Of a DNA stretch of 64,000 bases, positions 44,537-58,937 are shown piece after piece (position 1 is the first letter of the stretch; the number at the start of each line of letters is the position of its first letter). The DNA is from the human T2T-CHM13v2.0 reference genome, Homo sapiens. Location of the stretch: assembly GCF_009914755.1 (NCBI RefSeq), contig NC_060930.1, one strand, 5' to 3'. The position numbers and the translations under genes were made by a program. The notes beneath the pieces are model-generated. The model saw nothing but the letters and a program-made list of their open reading frames with translations. It ran no database searches and was not told the DNA's origin.

Positions 44537-45229
44537 GTTTGTAGACTTTAAAGTGGAGGTAAAACTATTCATGTGACACTGCTTTATCATCTTTCTTATT
44601 ATAACTGGCACTTTCATTTGGGAGCATCATTGACTTTCTAAAGATGCTATTTAATGTTGAAATTGTTATGACTGTTAGTCTAAGTTGCAGGATGATTTTA
44701 TAAGGGGGACCTTATTTTCTATGAAAGTCACTACTTCAACCACATGTGATAGCTCTTCTTAATTTTTTTTTCCATTTCTACTCTTTCCCCCTGAAAACTA
44801 CATGGAAAGGCTTACATTTTCAGCTGGTAACCTTCTTCTTTTTAAAATCACTGAAATCTCAGCTGTTCCTAGACAGTTTTCACTTTTAATAAGAAAATAA
44901 AGTTGAGTTTCTTGGACCTTTCTGTTACTATTTCAACAACTTTAGCCAATCCCTGAAAGAGCAAAAGACTATTCTTTCATTGGCCTTAATTTGCTGCTGT
45001 TGTACATGTCACTGCGGTAGAATGGCAGCAATGGTGCTTAGAGGGGATCCATAGAGAACATAATAGAACTGTGTGGTGCTTGTAGTGTCAAAGTCAATAT
45101 GGGAATGAGGCTTATGTGCCCTGATATTTTTAACCCTTTTTGCAATAGGTTAGATGGAGAGATTTGGTGGATAGAAGCTTTGGGTGAAACATTACTTTTG
45201 CTTTCTAAATTGTGCAATTTCCAAAAAAG

Positions 45230-45339
45230 GTATTTCAAGAAATGTAAGCACTAATGTGTTCTTCAAGCAACATGATTACATCATTGAGTTTTTTGATTAT
45301 ACTACTGTCTTGAAGCCATCTCTCAACTTCACAGCCACT
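45230..45339 (+). CDS. CD109: CD109 exon 10 (110 nt; GISRNVST...NFTAT)
   Basis: ccaaaaaag| acceptor, |gtaagt donor, ORF track 45184..45387. Confidence 0.94.
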
Positions 45340-45947
45340 GTAAGTTGGTATATTTATTTCCAGTCCATAGCAGTAAGTTCAGCTTAATGAAATAGAATGG
45401 GAAATAATATTTTCAATGCTTTTCTAAAAATTTAAGCCAAAAAGTATATAACTTTGTCTCTTTAGACATGTGGGGCATGTAGATTTGTTTCCAAATGACC
45501 TTTGTCTATTTTTTCTAAAAAAGTAGTTTTCAACAACAGTAAAAATATTTTTTGAAAATGTATTTTTTTTTACAAGCAATTTAAGTTAGATGTGGATTGC
45601 TACACTGAAGCTTTTATTAATTAATTGAAATAATTACATGGTAGTCAAAAATTTCAATTTCAATTTGGTTTTTATAATGATTAATTGTAGTTCTAACAAA
45701 GATGTTACATTAAAAAATTATCAACAAATCTCATTTTTTGGAGATAATGTTGAATTAACACATTAATTGTGTGAATGTTGACAATGAGCAAGGCATGGTG
45801 TTGGGCAGGGCTATAGAGCCAAGAAGGGCTCAGTCCCTACCCTCAGGTTCACAGTTTTTGTGATGGTGACAGGAAAATATATACTTAACTATAACTCATG
45901 GCAGATTAAGATTAGTGTTACAAATTAATTTCTGTAGGGATTTAAAG

Positions 45948-46165
45948 CAGGGGTTGCCAAACTTTTTCTGCAAAGGGCTAGAGAGTAAATATTTTCAGCT
46001 TTGTGGCCATGTGGTCTTTGTCACAGCTACTCAGCCCTGCCATTGTAGTGTGAAAGCAGCCATAGCCAATTTATAAATAAGTGAGAGTGGAATGTGTTCC
46101 AGTAAAACTTTGTTTACAAACATACTGGATTGGCCTATCAGCTTGCAGTAGTTGGCTGATCTCTG
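45948..46165. mobile_element. MER58A-like hAT remnant
   Basis: caggggttgccaaactttttctgcaaagggc...gttccagtaaaactttgtttacaaa. Confidence 0.8.
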
Positions 46166-46170
46166 ATTTA

Positions 46171-46518
<348 letters not shown>

Positions 46519-47583
46519 TCACTTGTTGAATGGGTCGGTAGACGTTTCAGGTAGTTTCTGATTTCAATGATCTTAATTTAGGCAGTTTGAAAAGGTCAGT
46601 TTAAAAAATTGAGGCTGCAAATGGTAATTTCTGAATGAGTAGAGTGAAACCATGGGCGTTCAGAGGGGGAGAGTTGGCTGTGGGATAGGCATGGGGGTTA
46701 TTATGGGATGCTTTATGGAAGAGGATGGTCTAAACTGTTTTTTAAAAGATTAGTTGTGTTTTAAATGCTTGGGCATGGGAGTGGGAGGTGGGGAGCAAGA
46801 TAAGAAGTGAGACAAGAAGGAGAGGTCTGGCTGGCAATTTCGGGGTGCACTCAGGTAGTGTTTGAGGGAGACTGCTCAGGCTGTGTGCAGGAGGATGGCT
46901 GTAGCCCAGGAGTGAGGGGATGGGCAGCCTTGTGGTGGTAGCTGTGGGAGTGGAGAGGATGGAAGAGAGAAGCATAGGACTTTGGTGTTCATTGGATTTG
47001 GGGGGTGGGGAGAGGGAGGGAAAATTCAGAAATGTAAAGTCTTGCAAAATCCTGATGTTAGCGAAAATAGGAAAATGACATGGTTGCTCATTTTAGATAT
47101 GTGAATTCAAGGTGTCCAGGATATCCAAGTAGAAATTTCCTGCAGGTAACTGGAGGTGTTGGGCATGAACTCCAGAGAAGGGCAAGGATGGGAATTTTGG
47201 CTTTAGGGTACAATCACAGAGATGACAAGCTAAGCAATAGGATTGCTGAGACCTTGGAGGAAGGGAGAAGAACAGATGTCCAAAATTCCCACATTTAGGG
47301 AGAGGAAAGAGGAACTGAAAAGGACACTGAGAGGATGCAGAAAGAGAGGTAGGAAGTGAAGGGGGTTATTTTGGAGCCGCGGAAGTTAAGGGAATCCATA
47401 ATATTAACAAGGGAGTAATCAGTGATGTTGGATGCCTCCTAGAGAGAGGCCACTGAATCTGGATATTATAGTGCTACCAATAATTTTTGAGAGTTCAATT
47501 TCATGAGAATACTACAGACGGAAACTGTATTTAATCGTACTTAAATCCTTTGTGTTTTTAAGATGTTTTGTTTTGACCATTAG

Positions 47584-47808
47584 GTGAAGGTAACTCGTGC
47601 TGATGGCAACCAACTGACTCTTGAAGAAAGAAGAAATAATGTAGTCATAACAGTGACACAGAGAAACTATACTGAGTACTGGAGCGGATCTAACAGTGGA
47701 AATCAGAAAATGGAAGCTGTTCAGAAAATAAATTATACTGTCCCCCAAAGTGGAACTTTTAAGATTGAATTCCCAATCCTGGAGGATTCCAGTGAGCTAC
47801 AGTTGAAG
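47584..47808 (+). CDS. CD109: CD109 exon 11 (225 nt; VKVTRADG...SELQLK)
   Basis: cattag| acceptor, AAG|gtgccg donor, ORF track 47584..47862. Confidence 0.95.
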
Positions 47809-48132
47809 GTGCCGTCTGTTTCCCATCATTGTGTCACTGCAACAACACCATTACAGTTGTAATCTTGTGGTAGGCACTCAACCTGTCAGAACTGAAAGTA
47901 CATAGGAAGTGGACACATGTTTCTGTTTCACAAAATGGAGGAGAGTGGTAAAAGTAATTTAATGACAGTGGCTGAAGGTTAGACTAAATTTTTCCTTGTA
48001 AGTTCATTTTGAAGAGCACAGTAAAATATAGCAATGTGAAGATATGATGGAGAATTTCCTCAAATCCCCAGTCTAGTGTTTGAGGTCAGTCATTTGAAAT
48101 TTTATTTTGGCAGGAATTGAAATGAAAGATAA

Positions 48133-48206
48133 ATATATATACATATATATATATACACACATATATATGTATATGTATATGTGTGTGTGTATATATATAT
48201 ATATAT
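48133..48206. repeat. TA/CA/TG compound microsatellite
   Basis: Direct reading. Confidence 0.9.
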
Positions 48207-48410
48207 TCCTTTCCTGTGTTTTAAAGCTATCAGTTTCTTTACAGTATAAGCTATAAAATGATGAAAATCCAATGTCTGGTGAATGTATTTTTCTTGCATT
48301 AAAAAAAAGTGAAGATGAATTTGGTCTTTAATAATTGTTCAGCAGGTAACATCTTTTCTCAAGGTGTTACTAAAGATGAACATTTACAGCTCCTTTTTCT
48401 TTTATTATAG

Positions 48411-48512
48411 GCCTATTTCCTTGGTAGTAAAAGTAGCATGGCAGTTCATAGTCTGTTTAAGTCTCCTAGTAAGACATACATCCAACTAAAAACAAGAGAT
48501 GAAAATATAAAG
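48411..48512 (+). CDS. CD109: CD109 exon 12 (102 nt; AYFLGSKS...DENIK)
   Basis: ttatag| acceptor, AAG|gtaatg donor. Confidence 0.96.
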
Positions 48513-48599
48513 GTAATGCTTACAATTCACTTGAGAATTACAATATAATTGGACTATCTTGCTTTTGATATGTACATATTAATTAAGGTTTTTTTCTAG

Positions 48600-48662
48600 G
48601 TGGGATCGCCTTTTGAGTTGGTGGTTAGTGGCAACAAACGATTGAAGGAGTTAAGCTATATG
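48600..48662 (+). CDS. CD109: CD109 exon 13 (63 nt; VGSPFELVVSGNKRLKELSYM)
   Basis: ttttctag| acceptor, ATG|gtaatc donor; preceding intron only 87 nt. Confidence 0.96.
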
Positions 48663-48710
48663 GTAATCTCTTATAGAATCTAAATTTATGATCTATTATA
48701 GAATCATCTT

Positions 48711-49127
48711 TTTATTCACTTTTAAGTTCTGGGGTACATGTGCAGGTTTGTTATATAGCTAAACTCATGTCATGGGGGTTTGTTGTACAGATTATTTCAT
48801 CACCCAGGTATTAATCCTAGTACCCATTAGTTATTTTTCCTGATCCTCTCCCTCCTCCTACCCTCCACCCTCCCATAGGACCCAGTGTCGGTTGTTCCCC
48901 TCTATGTGTCCATGTGTTCTCATCATTTAGTGTGCACTTATAAGTGAGAATATGTGGTATTTGGTTTTCTGTTCCTGCATTAGTTTGCTAAGGATAGTGG
49001 CCTCCAGCTCCATCCATCTTCCTGCAAAGGACATGATTTTATTCTTTTTTATAGCTGCATAGTATTCCGTAGTGTATGTGTACCACGTTTTCTTTATCCA
49101 GTCCACCTTTGATGGGCATTTAGGTTG
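48711..49127 (-). mobile_element. 5'-truncated L1PA/PB 3' end
   Basis: aagttctggggtacatgtgcaggtttgtta...gggcatttaggttga; TSD agaatcatctt. Confidence 0.92.
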
Positions 49128-49706
49128 AGAATCATCTTAAATGGTGTCTACCTTATATCTACACTAAACTTATTAATTTTTATAACTCAGCCTCATACCT
49201 TTTTAGCCTGTCGTTTTTACATTGCAATCAAATAAAAAACCTTTTTTATTTCTTCACCTATGTTTGCATTTCCAATTTAAAATAGATAACTAAACCTTGT
49301 TTTATGTTTAAAATTTAAATTTCTATTTGATAAGCAATATATATTCATTATAGAAAATTATACAATGTAAGAAAAATGAAAAAGAAAATAAAAAGTGCTA
49401 TCCATGACCATGTAATTTTGCTAATTCAGCTTTCCCAATGGTGCCCTGTATTCCTTGCAATCAAAAATAGATTCTTGACTATGAAGCTACTGTTGCTCCA
49501 ATCAGTATTACTTTAATCTTACCATTTTCTTTTTCTCAGTGTATGCTCTCTGTGTTTGTCAGAGAGGTTTTCCTGCATTCCAAAAGACTTTGAAGCTGGT
49601 TTAATTCAAGAATTTGTGTGTATGCATACAATTATGATTAATGTAGCTTCAGATGAGATCCTACTAGGTTTGGCAATAAATTAAACCCATCTACTGTTCT
49701 TTTCAG

Positions 49707-49883
49707 GTAGTATCCAGGGGACAGTTGGTGGCTGTAGGAAAACAAAATTCAACAATGTTCTCTTTAACACCAGAAAATTCTTGGACTCCAAAAGCCTGTG
49801 TAATTGTGTATTATATTGAAGATGATGGGGAAATTATAAGTGATGTTCTAAAAATTCCTGTTCAGCTTGTTTTTAAAAATAAG
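49707..49883 (+). CDS. CD109: CD109 exon 14 (177 nt; VVSRGQLV...LVFKNK)
   Basis: ttttcag| acceptor, AAG|gtaaga donor, ORF track 49725..49937. Confidence 0.96.
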
Positions 49884-50651
49884 GTAAGATTTAAGGTAAT
49901 GATGTTTAAAAGAAAACTTTATATTAGTGAAGTCTGAGAAATGTAATATTTCTTTAGAAAAGTATCATTAAGCCAAACTGGTTAGAAATTTATATTATTC
50001 TATTTCTAGAACTATGGTTAAACTTTTCAATATTTAGCATTACATATATATTTTCACTTGTGGAGTTATTGGGGATTGATAGTCTATTTGTAAACTATGG
50101 TTCTGGTCTTTAAGACTTTAACTCAGATCATGAAGCTGTTTCAGAATTTTTCAAATGGTTGAATTAATATTGCTCAGGAGTGAAATTCCAGTGGTAACAT
50201 AGAATTCGTGTGGTGTTGATATTGCAGTGATATAAAGGGTGTGGGAAGGAGTGAGGCCATCTAGGATAATACGTAGAAGCAGAGCTGGGCTTTCATTAAT
50301 CTATTTAATTAGCTGGAAACTAGCCCAGGGCAACTTTTCAATGAGCTTGATTACCCTGCATGTGAGGATCTGTGTGGAGTCTGGTCTCCAAGTGCACCAG
50401 TGCCTTTTATAGCCTAATGTGACCAGCTTGAGTAGGAAATCCCTTTGGACCCCAGCTCTGAAAAGAAACCTGATTGCATCATCTCATGTATATAAGAATG
50501 AGCCATTGCTGTCACTAACAACTGCTGCCCTCTCCATCCTCTTATGTAAAAAATTATTCCTTTAAATAGTGATTTGCAGAGTATGGTTCTTCTATTTCTT
50601 TTTCCTTTATTTGTTAAAATATTTGAGAAGTAACAGTAGTGATCTGTACTT

Positions 50652-50841
50652 TCTTTTTTAAAATTTGTATTTATTTATTTTTTGAGACTAGGTTATAAGA
50701 CTGGCTAATTTTTGTATTTTCGGTAGAGAGAGGGTTTTGCCATGTTGCTCAGGTTGGTCTCTAACTCCTGGGCTCAGGAGATCCACCTGCCTCAGCCTCT
50801 CAAGGTGCTGGGATTACAGACATGAGCCACTGCGCCAGGCC
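50652..50841 (-). mobile_element. Monomeric Alu derivative
   Basis: Left arm + short non-standard 3' segment; TSD ctgtactt. Confidence 0.85.
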
Positions 50842-51530
50842 TGTACTTTAGTTTTGTTGAGAATTATTACTCTCACTTTGATTGTTAAAATATAATACAA
50901 ACTTCTATTTTTTTAGCTTATGAAAAGAGTTCTTAAAAAGATAACACTGTGTTTTGTTAGTGGTAGAGCACAATTTTTGACTTCTAGTGATCCTAGTAAT
51001 TGCCTGACAAAGGTGAATTTTAAAGTAGAAGTTATGGAGGCTTAAACATCTCAGAAAGCAAGACCAGGTTCTAAAGCTGGTTACAGTGTAAAAGATCACG
51101 GACTTTGAGGAAGCAGAGTATATGAATAGCATACTTTCAAGTAATTTCTTAGCTATAAGAGAAAGGAATTAGTTTCAGTTCCATTTGCAACTATATATCT
51201 TTCTCTTATTTTTATGTGATAATCATCACATTTATAAAGAAACAACATAATTAGAAATGGAATATGTCTAAGCAAGAGAAAGTTAGTGAATGTTTATTAA
51301 TGTTCAGTAATGACTATGGAATAAATAAATGAGCTGTAGGAGCGGCAAGAGATTTAGGTTTAGAAATCATCCACACAGAAGTGCAAGTTGAAGCCATGGG
51401 GCTCTGAGGTACAGAGTATAGAGTGAGAAGTACAAGGTCTAAGACTGAGTCTTGAACATGCTGCTCCCTCTCCCCCATGCTTTAGTGTGTAGGTGGAGAA
51501 AGTAACCTACATACAGTGGTTTGAGAGGCA

Positions 51531-52047
51531 TGTCAGAAAAAAATTGCACTGGACAAGTTAAACAGGTAAGGAAGGCTTTATTCAAGACTATTGCAATGGA
51601 AGAGAGAGATGATAAACTCAACTCTGCTGAAACAAAAGGCAGAAGAGTTTTTAAGCACTGGGGTGAACTCATATGAAAGTGCTGGAGGACATTGTTGGGA
51701 GGTTGGTCAATGTGATTAGGTAGTCTGTGTTTGCTAATTAGTACTTACTGAAGTTAGGTTTCCACCCTCCCACAGAGAATGAGATCAATTGGGACTCTGT
51801 CTTTCTTGATGATTATACTTCAAAGGGATGGCTCTGAGGACCTTGAGAAAGACATGCCTGGGTTGTAAAACTGGCCAGAGGCTGGGAAAAGATTTACATC
51901 TCAGAGAGTTGGAGAAAGAATTTATAATTGCATGTTTTCTAAAATAAATGCTCTAAGAAAAGGGAGCTCAGGGGCTTATAGTTAGGAAGAAGCCTGTCTT
52001 TGTAAAGTCGAGTCAACTTGAGGGGAATGTTAAGGCCCTCTTTGTCA
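51531..52047 (-). mobile_element. ERV1 solo LTR (MER67/MER31-like)
   Basis: TG...CA termini, 4-bp TSD GGCA on both sides, minus-strand AATAAA near its 3' end. Confidence 0.8.
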
Positions 52048-52418
<371 letters not shown>

Positions 52419-53080
52419 TGCCCAGTAGGCAGGGGCCTCATGACAAGGCCATTTGGTTCAGCGGTGATGCGATGACTGATGCTCTTTATAAAGTATTAGT
52501 AGGTCCAGGACCATGCTTTCCTGAGGGTAATGGTGAGGAAGTTTAGAAGGCCATGGAGACAGAGCATGAGGGCCTGGACTAGTGTTTGCTCTAACCACCC
52601 ACTCCCTTGGAAAGGCCACCCCTCACCCTCAGTCCAGGTGGTTCTATGAGTCCCCGAGGAGCTCTCCTTGCCTTCACTTCTAAGCTCACGTCACCAACAT
52701 GTAGGCATCTGCAGTTTCTTTCCTCTTTCGTGTTTCTCCTTTGTATACTGGCCTTCCCCAGGTATGCTAGACACTGCTGTCTTCTACTCAGCACTGGCTG
52801 GGATCTGAGGGGTGGGAGATGGAGAAAGGGAAGAAAAAAGATACAGAATTAAAGAATAATTCAGATTTATACCACTGTGAGAAGTTCTATGACTTGCAAA
52901 CACTCTGGGCGTAGTTTTTTTATTCCTTTCCCTAGAGAAGGGTTATGCATGGTTTTAGAATTATCCCTGAGCCAAGGCAAATGTAGAATCTTTGCTATAT
53001 TTTGAGCCAGTGGTCTGCTATTGGCAAGAATATGCTTTAAAAAAGTGAAATAAGTTAATCCTCCTTTCTCTCTTTTTTAG

Positions 53081-53233
53081 ATAAAGCTATATTGGAGTAA
53101 AGTGAAAGCTGAACCATCTGAGAAAGTCTCTCTTAGGATCTCTGTGACACAGCCTGACTCCATAGTTGGGATTGTAGCTGTTGACAAAAGTGTGAATCTG
53201 ATGAATGCCTCTAATGATATTACAATGGAAAAT
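53081..53233 (+). CDS. CD109: CD109 exon 15 (153 nt; IKLYWSK...DITMEN)
   Basis: cttttttag| acceptor, |gtgagt donor. Confidence 0.96.
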
Positions 53234-53464
53234 GTGAGTTTAGCTATTTTTTCATTATGAAAATATGTATTACAAGAGAAAGAGGAAACTTTATTGTACT
53301 ACTTTAAATATTTAAAGAAAATTTCATTAGTTCCTTTGCATGTGTAAGTCAATAATTAGTAAAGCTTCCAAATAAAAAGTAATCTGTATCGTAATGGTTA
53401 TGTTGGAAAGAAGCTTATGTGGTTAAGTGTCCTTGCTCTCTTTCATCAGAATTATCACCTAAAG

Positions 53465-53700
53465 TTAGATGGGAGGAATAAATTCTGGAGGTCTGTGGTA
53501 CAACATGGTGACTGTAGTTAATGATAATGTACCATATACTTGAAAATTGCTAAAAGAGTAGATTTGAAATGTTCTCACCACAAAAAATGATCAGTATGTA
53601 GTATGCAAGGTGATAGATATGTTAATTAGCTTAATCATTCCACAGTATATACAAATATCAATATATCACATTGTACTCCATAAATATATACAATAAAAAA
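53465..53700 (+). mobile_element. L1MA-type 3' end fragment
   Basis: gtacaacatggtgactgtagttaat...aatgttctcaccacaaaaa. Confidence 0.75.
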
Positions 53701-53875
53701 TGCCACCTATAGTTTTCCTTCATTTTCATACTACATTTTAAGACACTCAAGAAAGTACTAGGAAATTGACTTGCATTATTCTGGGTTACGTTGGATAAGA
53801 GAGCTTTAGATAATTTTTGAAGTGTGTTCTATTTTGGTTATACGTAATGGTTATAAATAATTACAGCACCCATTG

Positions 53876-54154
53876 TGCCGGGCATGGTGGCTCATGCCTG
53901 TAATCTCAGCACTTTGGGAGGCCGAGGTGGGTGGATCACGAGGTCAGGAGATCGAGACCATCTTGGCTAACATGGTGAAACCCCATCTCTACTAAAAATA
54001 CAAAAAATTAGCCGGGCGCGGTGGCGGGCGCCTGTAGTCCCAGCTACTCGGGAGGCTGAGGCAGGAGAATGGCATGAATCCCAGGAGGCGGAGCTTGCAG
54101 CGAGCAGAAATCGTGCCACTGCACTCCAGCCTGGGTGACAGAGCAAGACTCTGT

Positions 54155-54183
<29 letters not shown>
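53876..54183 (+). mobile_element. AluY
   Basis: Y diagnostics, A26 tail, TSD aattacag(ca/tt)cccattg. Confidence 0.93.
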
Positions 54184-54186
<3 letters not shown>

Positions 54187-56790
54187 CAGTTCCCATTGAA
54201 TCAGGAATTTGCAGTATATTGAGGGGGTGAAATCATGTTACTCTGCAGAAAACTTACAAACCAAGAAGTATATGAACATCTAGCATTGCATAAATGAATC
54301 CCATATTCATTAGTCATTTGATTTTTATTTATATGTCCTTGATATATTCTTGTGTACCATTGTCAGTTGTAAACTAGATTGTATAATTTTTGTCTATTAA
54401 TGGATTCAGTAGAGTGATTAACAATACATCAGAAAGAAAACTATATATAGTTGGGTTGATTTGGTCATTATATTGTAAAATTTAGTTTACTTCAGAAAAA
54501 TTGTACATTTTCTTCAGTCTACACAACTATTTTTTTCAATCTTTTCTTTTTTTTGAAAACTTTTTTTTTTTTTACAACCAGTTGGTCATTTTTCTCTCTT
54601 TGACTTTTCCTGAGTTCACATTAGTTTTATGTCTGTAGATCTTGCATTTGATTTAACTGAATATAATAGTATCTGTTATTTTATAGCTTTCTAAATATCT
54701 TGGTAAATATATTATTTCATTTTTTCTTCCCTACATATGTGTATGTTTGTGTGTGTGTACGTGTGTGTATACATACACATACACACACACCCCATCTGAT
54801 GTGCTGCGCACTCTGTCTCTATTTACATTTATATATGTGTGTTATATATATATTTACAAGTATATTTATATATACATATAATATATGCATATTTACATTA
54901 AATTTTTTCAGATATTAAGATTGCTTTCTCAGCTTTCTTTTGGTTCATATTTTCCTGGTGTATTTTTACATTTCTTATTTTCAACCTTTTGTAAATTTTT
55001 AAGTGTATCTTTTAAATAGCATATTATTATATTTTGCTTTTGTTTTTCAATCTAATCTAATAGTCAACATCTTTTAATAAGCTTTTATTTAATCCACTTA
55101 TAAGTATGGTAATTCTTTTTCTAATGGGGACTTTTTCTGCTTTTCTATATTTTAAAATTTAGATTCTTTTTCTGTGGGCTAGATTAAATTTGTTTTGGTG
55201 ATTTAGAAGTTATGCGTTCTATTTTTGTTACTCTGTTAGTTACAAACTGTACCCATATTAATTTATCCTTGTTGGTTTCTAAAGGTTATCAGTATTTGAA
55301 TCTTCTAGTATGCTCCTATTCCTTTTGGTCTCTACCTCTGTCTCCTCCTTCTCCTCCTACCCTGGCCAGATCATTTTGCTCGTGTACAGATTTTAGTTCC
55401 ATGTTACCATAGATTGCCTTTCAATCTATGCTGTTCTTTCATTTTTTAATTGTGGAAATCTGTGTTGATTATTTCTTCCTCCCCATTTTATTTTTTCTCT
55501 CCTTCTGGGACTTTTGTTTTTCAGAAATTGGCACTTTTACTTCCTCCTTCACATCTCTTAGTTTTTTGTTTTATGTTTTCTATCTCTTTGTCTTTTCTGT
55601 GTTTCTCTGGGAGAGTTCTTCAGTCAACTCAGCTTAGTGATCATTCATTAGCTGTATTTTAATCTACTTTAATCTCTCATATTGTGTCTTTTATGTCAGC
55701 TATTATGTTTTTAATATCTATTATTTTTCCTTTGTTTCTTGTTTTTGTTTTATATTCTGATATTTCCCATTATCTCCTTGTGTATATTTGCTATGCGTAT
55801 TTTAAATTATTGAATTGAACTTTTCAGTAATTTTGTGTCACATGCTATATGTTGTTTAGTTGGATGTCTTACTTCTACAGTATTTATACTCTTTGGAAGT
55901 CTAGCTGATTTGGCAGATTCTCTGATAATATCTATTGGTGAAGGCTGAGCATAAGGTTCCAATCTGTGTAAGTCCTATGACCCCTTCCTGAGGGGAGAGG
56001 ACTAGCCTCATGGACTAGAGAATTACTCTTGATCCTTTCTGCTGCTTGCCTCTATTCAGTGTTTCGCTCTTAAACCCTTGGGGAAAAGAGCACCAGTAAG
56101 AGAAGGTCTCCTGAGGTTATGATTCACCAGCCCTGAGGGTTTGGAGGAGGAGGAGAGGAAGAGTGAATGCTTGAGGGACATGGGTCTGTCTGCATGTTTT
56201 CTTCACTTTCCCACACTAGAAAGGCAGAGGTGCTGACCTGGTATTATCTTTTGGATACTTGCACAGGCCGTCTGAGCTGCTACTGCTGTTGATTTTGGCA
56301 GTGAAGTTGCCAGGACTGTGTGTCCTGAGGCTACCCCCTGGAGGGAAATAAGAGCAAAGTTTAAAAACCTCTCCTCCAGCCTGTTTTCTGACTATGTCTG
56401 CTGCTGTGTCTAGCTGCCTTCTGCCTTAGACTGAAGCGATGCACTTTCTCCCAAGACCAATTCAAGATGTCCACCACTCTTCCTGGGGTTTTCTCACTGT
56501 GCACGTTAAAGTTTTCTGCTTGCTTTTATTGTTTCTCCAGTTGGTTCTGGAGGAGGGAGTGAGGATCCTGTCATAGTAGACTGTTTTGGCTTCTTTTTTT
56601 TTTTTGTTAAATTTATATGTGTTGTCAATAGCCTCTTGAATGCCTTGGAATAATTTCAGTATGTGGATCTTCCAGGAATAATTTTTAGACATTAGCCTTC
56701 TTTTCGTTAGCCTATGCTGCAGCTTTGACAGTGCTTTGTTTATTGAGCCAGTGAGAACAGGAAGATTTCTTTATGAGATAGATGCTGCTT

Positions 56791-57160
56791 TTGCTTTTTT
56801 TAAAATAAATTTTATTGTGTATATTTGAGGTTATGTGTATATATATATATGTATATATGTATATATGAGGTTATTGTGTATACATGAGGTTATGGAATAC
56901 ATATAGGCAGTATAGTGGTTACTGTAGTGAAGCAAATTTACATATTTATCATTTTGCATAGCTACATTTTTGTGACAAAAGCAGTTAAAATCGATTTAAT
57001 GAAAACTCCAAATATCATACAATTCTATTAACTATATCTCTCATGTTGTAGATTATATAACTGCATTTTTTCATCCCACATATCTGCTATTTTGTATCCC
57101 TTGACCTCTATATTCCCATTTTCTTCTTCCTTTCCCCCTCGCCCCTGTAACCATCATTTG
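56791..57160 (-). mobile_element. L1MA-type 3' end (outer element of nest)
   Basis: tttattgtgtatatttgagg...gtggttactgtagtgaagcaaatt. Confidence 0.75.
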
Positions 57161-57851
57161 TTTATCTATTTATTTATTTAAACTTTTAAGTTCAGGGATA
57201 CATGTGCAGGTTTGTTACATAGGCAACCTTGTGTCATAGGGGTTTGTTGTACAGATTATTTCATTACTCAGGTATGAAGTCCAGTACCCATTAGTTATTT
57301 TTCATGATCCTCTCCCTGCTCCCACCCTCCACCCTCTGACAATCTCTACTGTGTGTTGTTCCTCTCTATGTGTCCATGTGTTCTCATCATTTAACTCCCA
57401 CTTATAAGTGAGAACATGTGGTATTTGGTTTTCTGTTCCTGAGTTAGTTTGCTAAGGATAATGACCTCCAGCTCCATCCATGTACCTGCAAAGGAGATGA
57501 TCTTGTTCTTTATGGCTGCCTAGTATTCCATGGTGTACATGTACCACATTTTCTTTATCCAGTCTATCATTGACGGACATTTAGTTTGATTCCATGTCTT
57601 TGCTTTTGTGAATAGTGCTGCAATGAACATATGCATGCATACATCTTTATAATAGAATTATTTATATTCCTTTGGATATATACCCAATAATGGGATCGCT
57701 AGTATTGAAATGGTGTTTCTGTCTTAAGTCTTTGAGGAATTGTCACATTGTCTTGTACAATGGCTGAATTAATTAACACTCCTACCAACAGTGTATAAGT
57801 GTTCCTTTTCTCTACAACCTCTCCAGCATCTGTTATTTTTTTGACTTTTAA

Positions 57852-58505
<654 letters not shown>

Positions 58506-58597
58506 GCCTCCTTATGGTTCTGATTTGCATTTCTCTAATGATCAGTGATGTTGAGCTTTTTCTCATATGATTGTAGGCCTCATGTATGCATGTATGA

Positions 58598-58937
<340 letters not shown>

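Noticed and set aside
44537-45229. Possible U12-type intron given the odd splice sites
   Set aside because: Donor lacks GTATCCT and no TCCTTAAC branch site is present
47809-47862. ORF continues past exon 11 (VPSVSHHCVTATTPLQL*)
   Set aside because: Ordinary intron read-through of the ORF call; donor is weak (gtgccg) but no evidence of an alternative end
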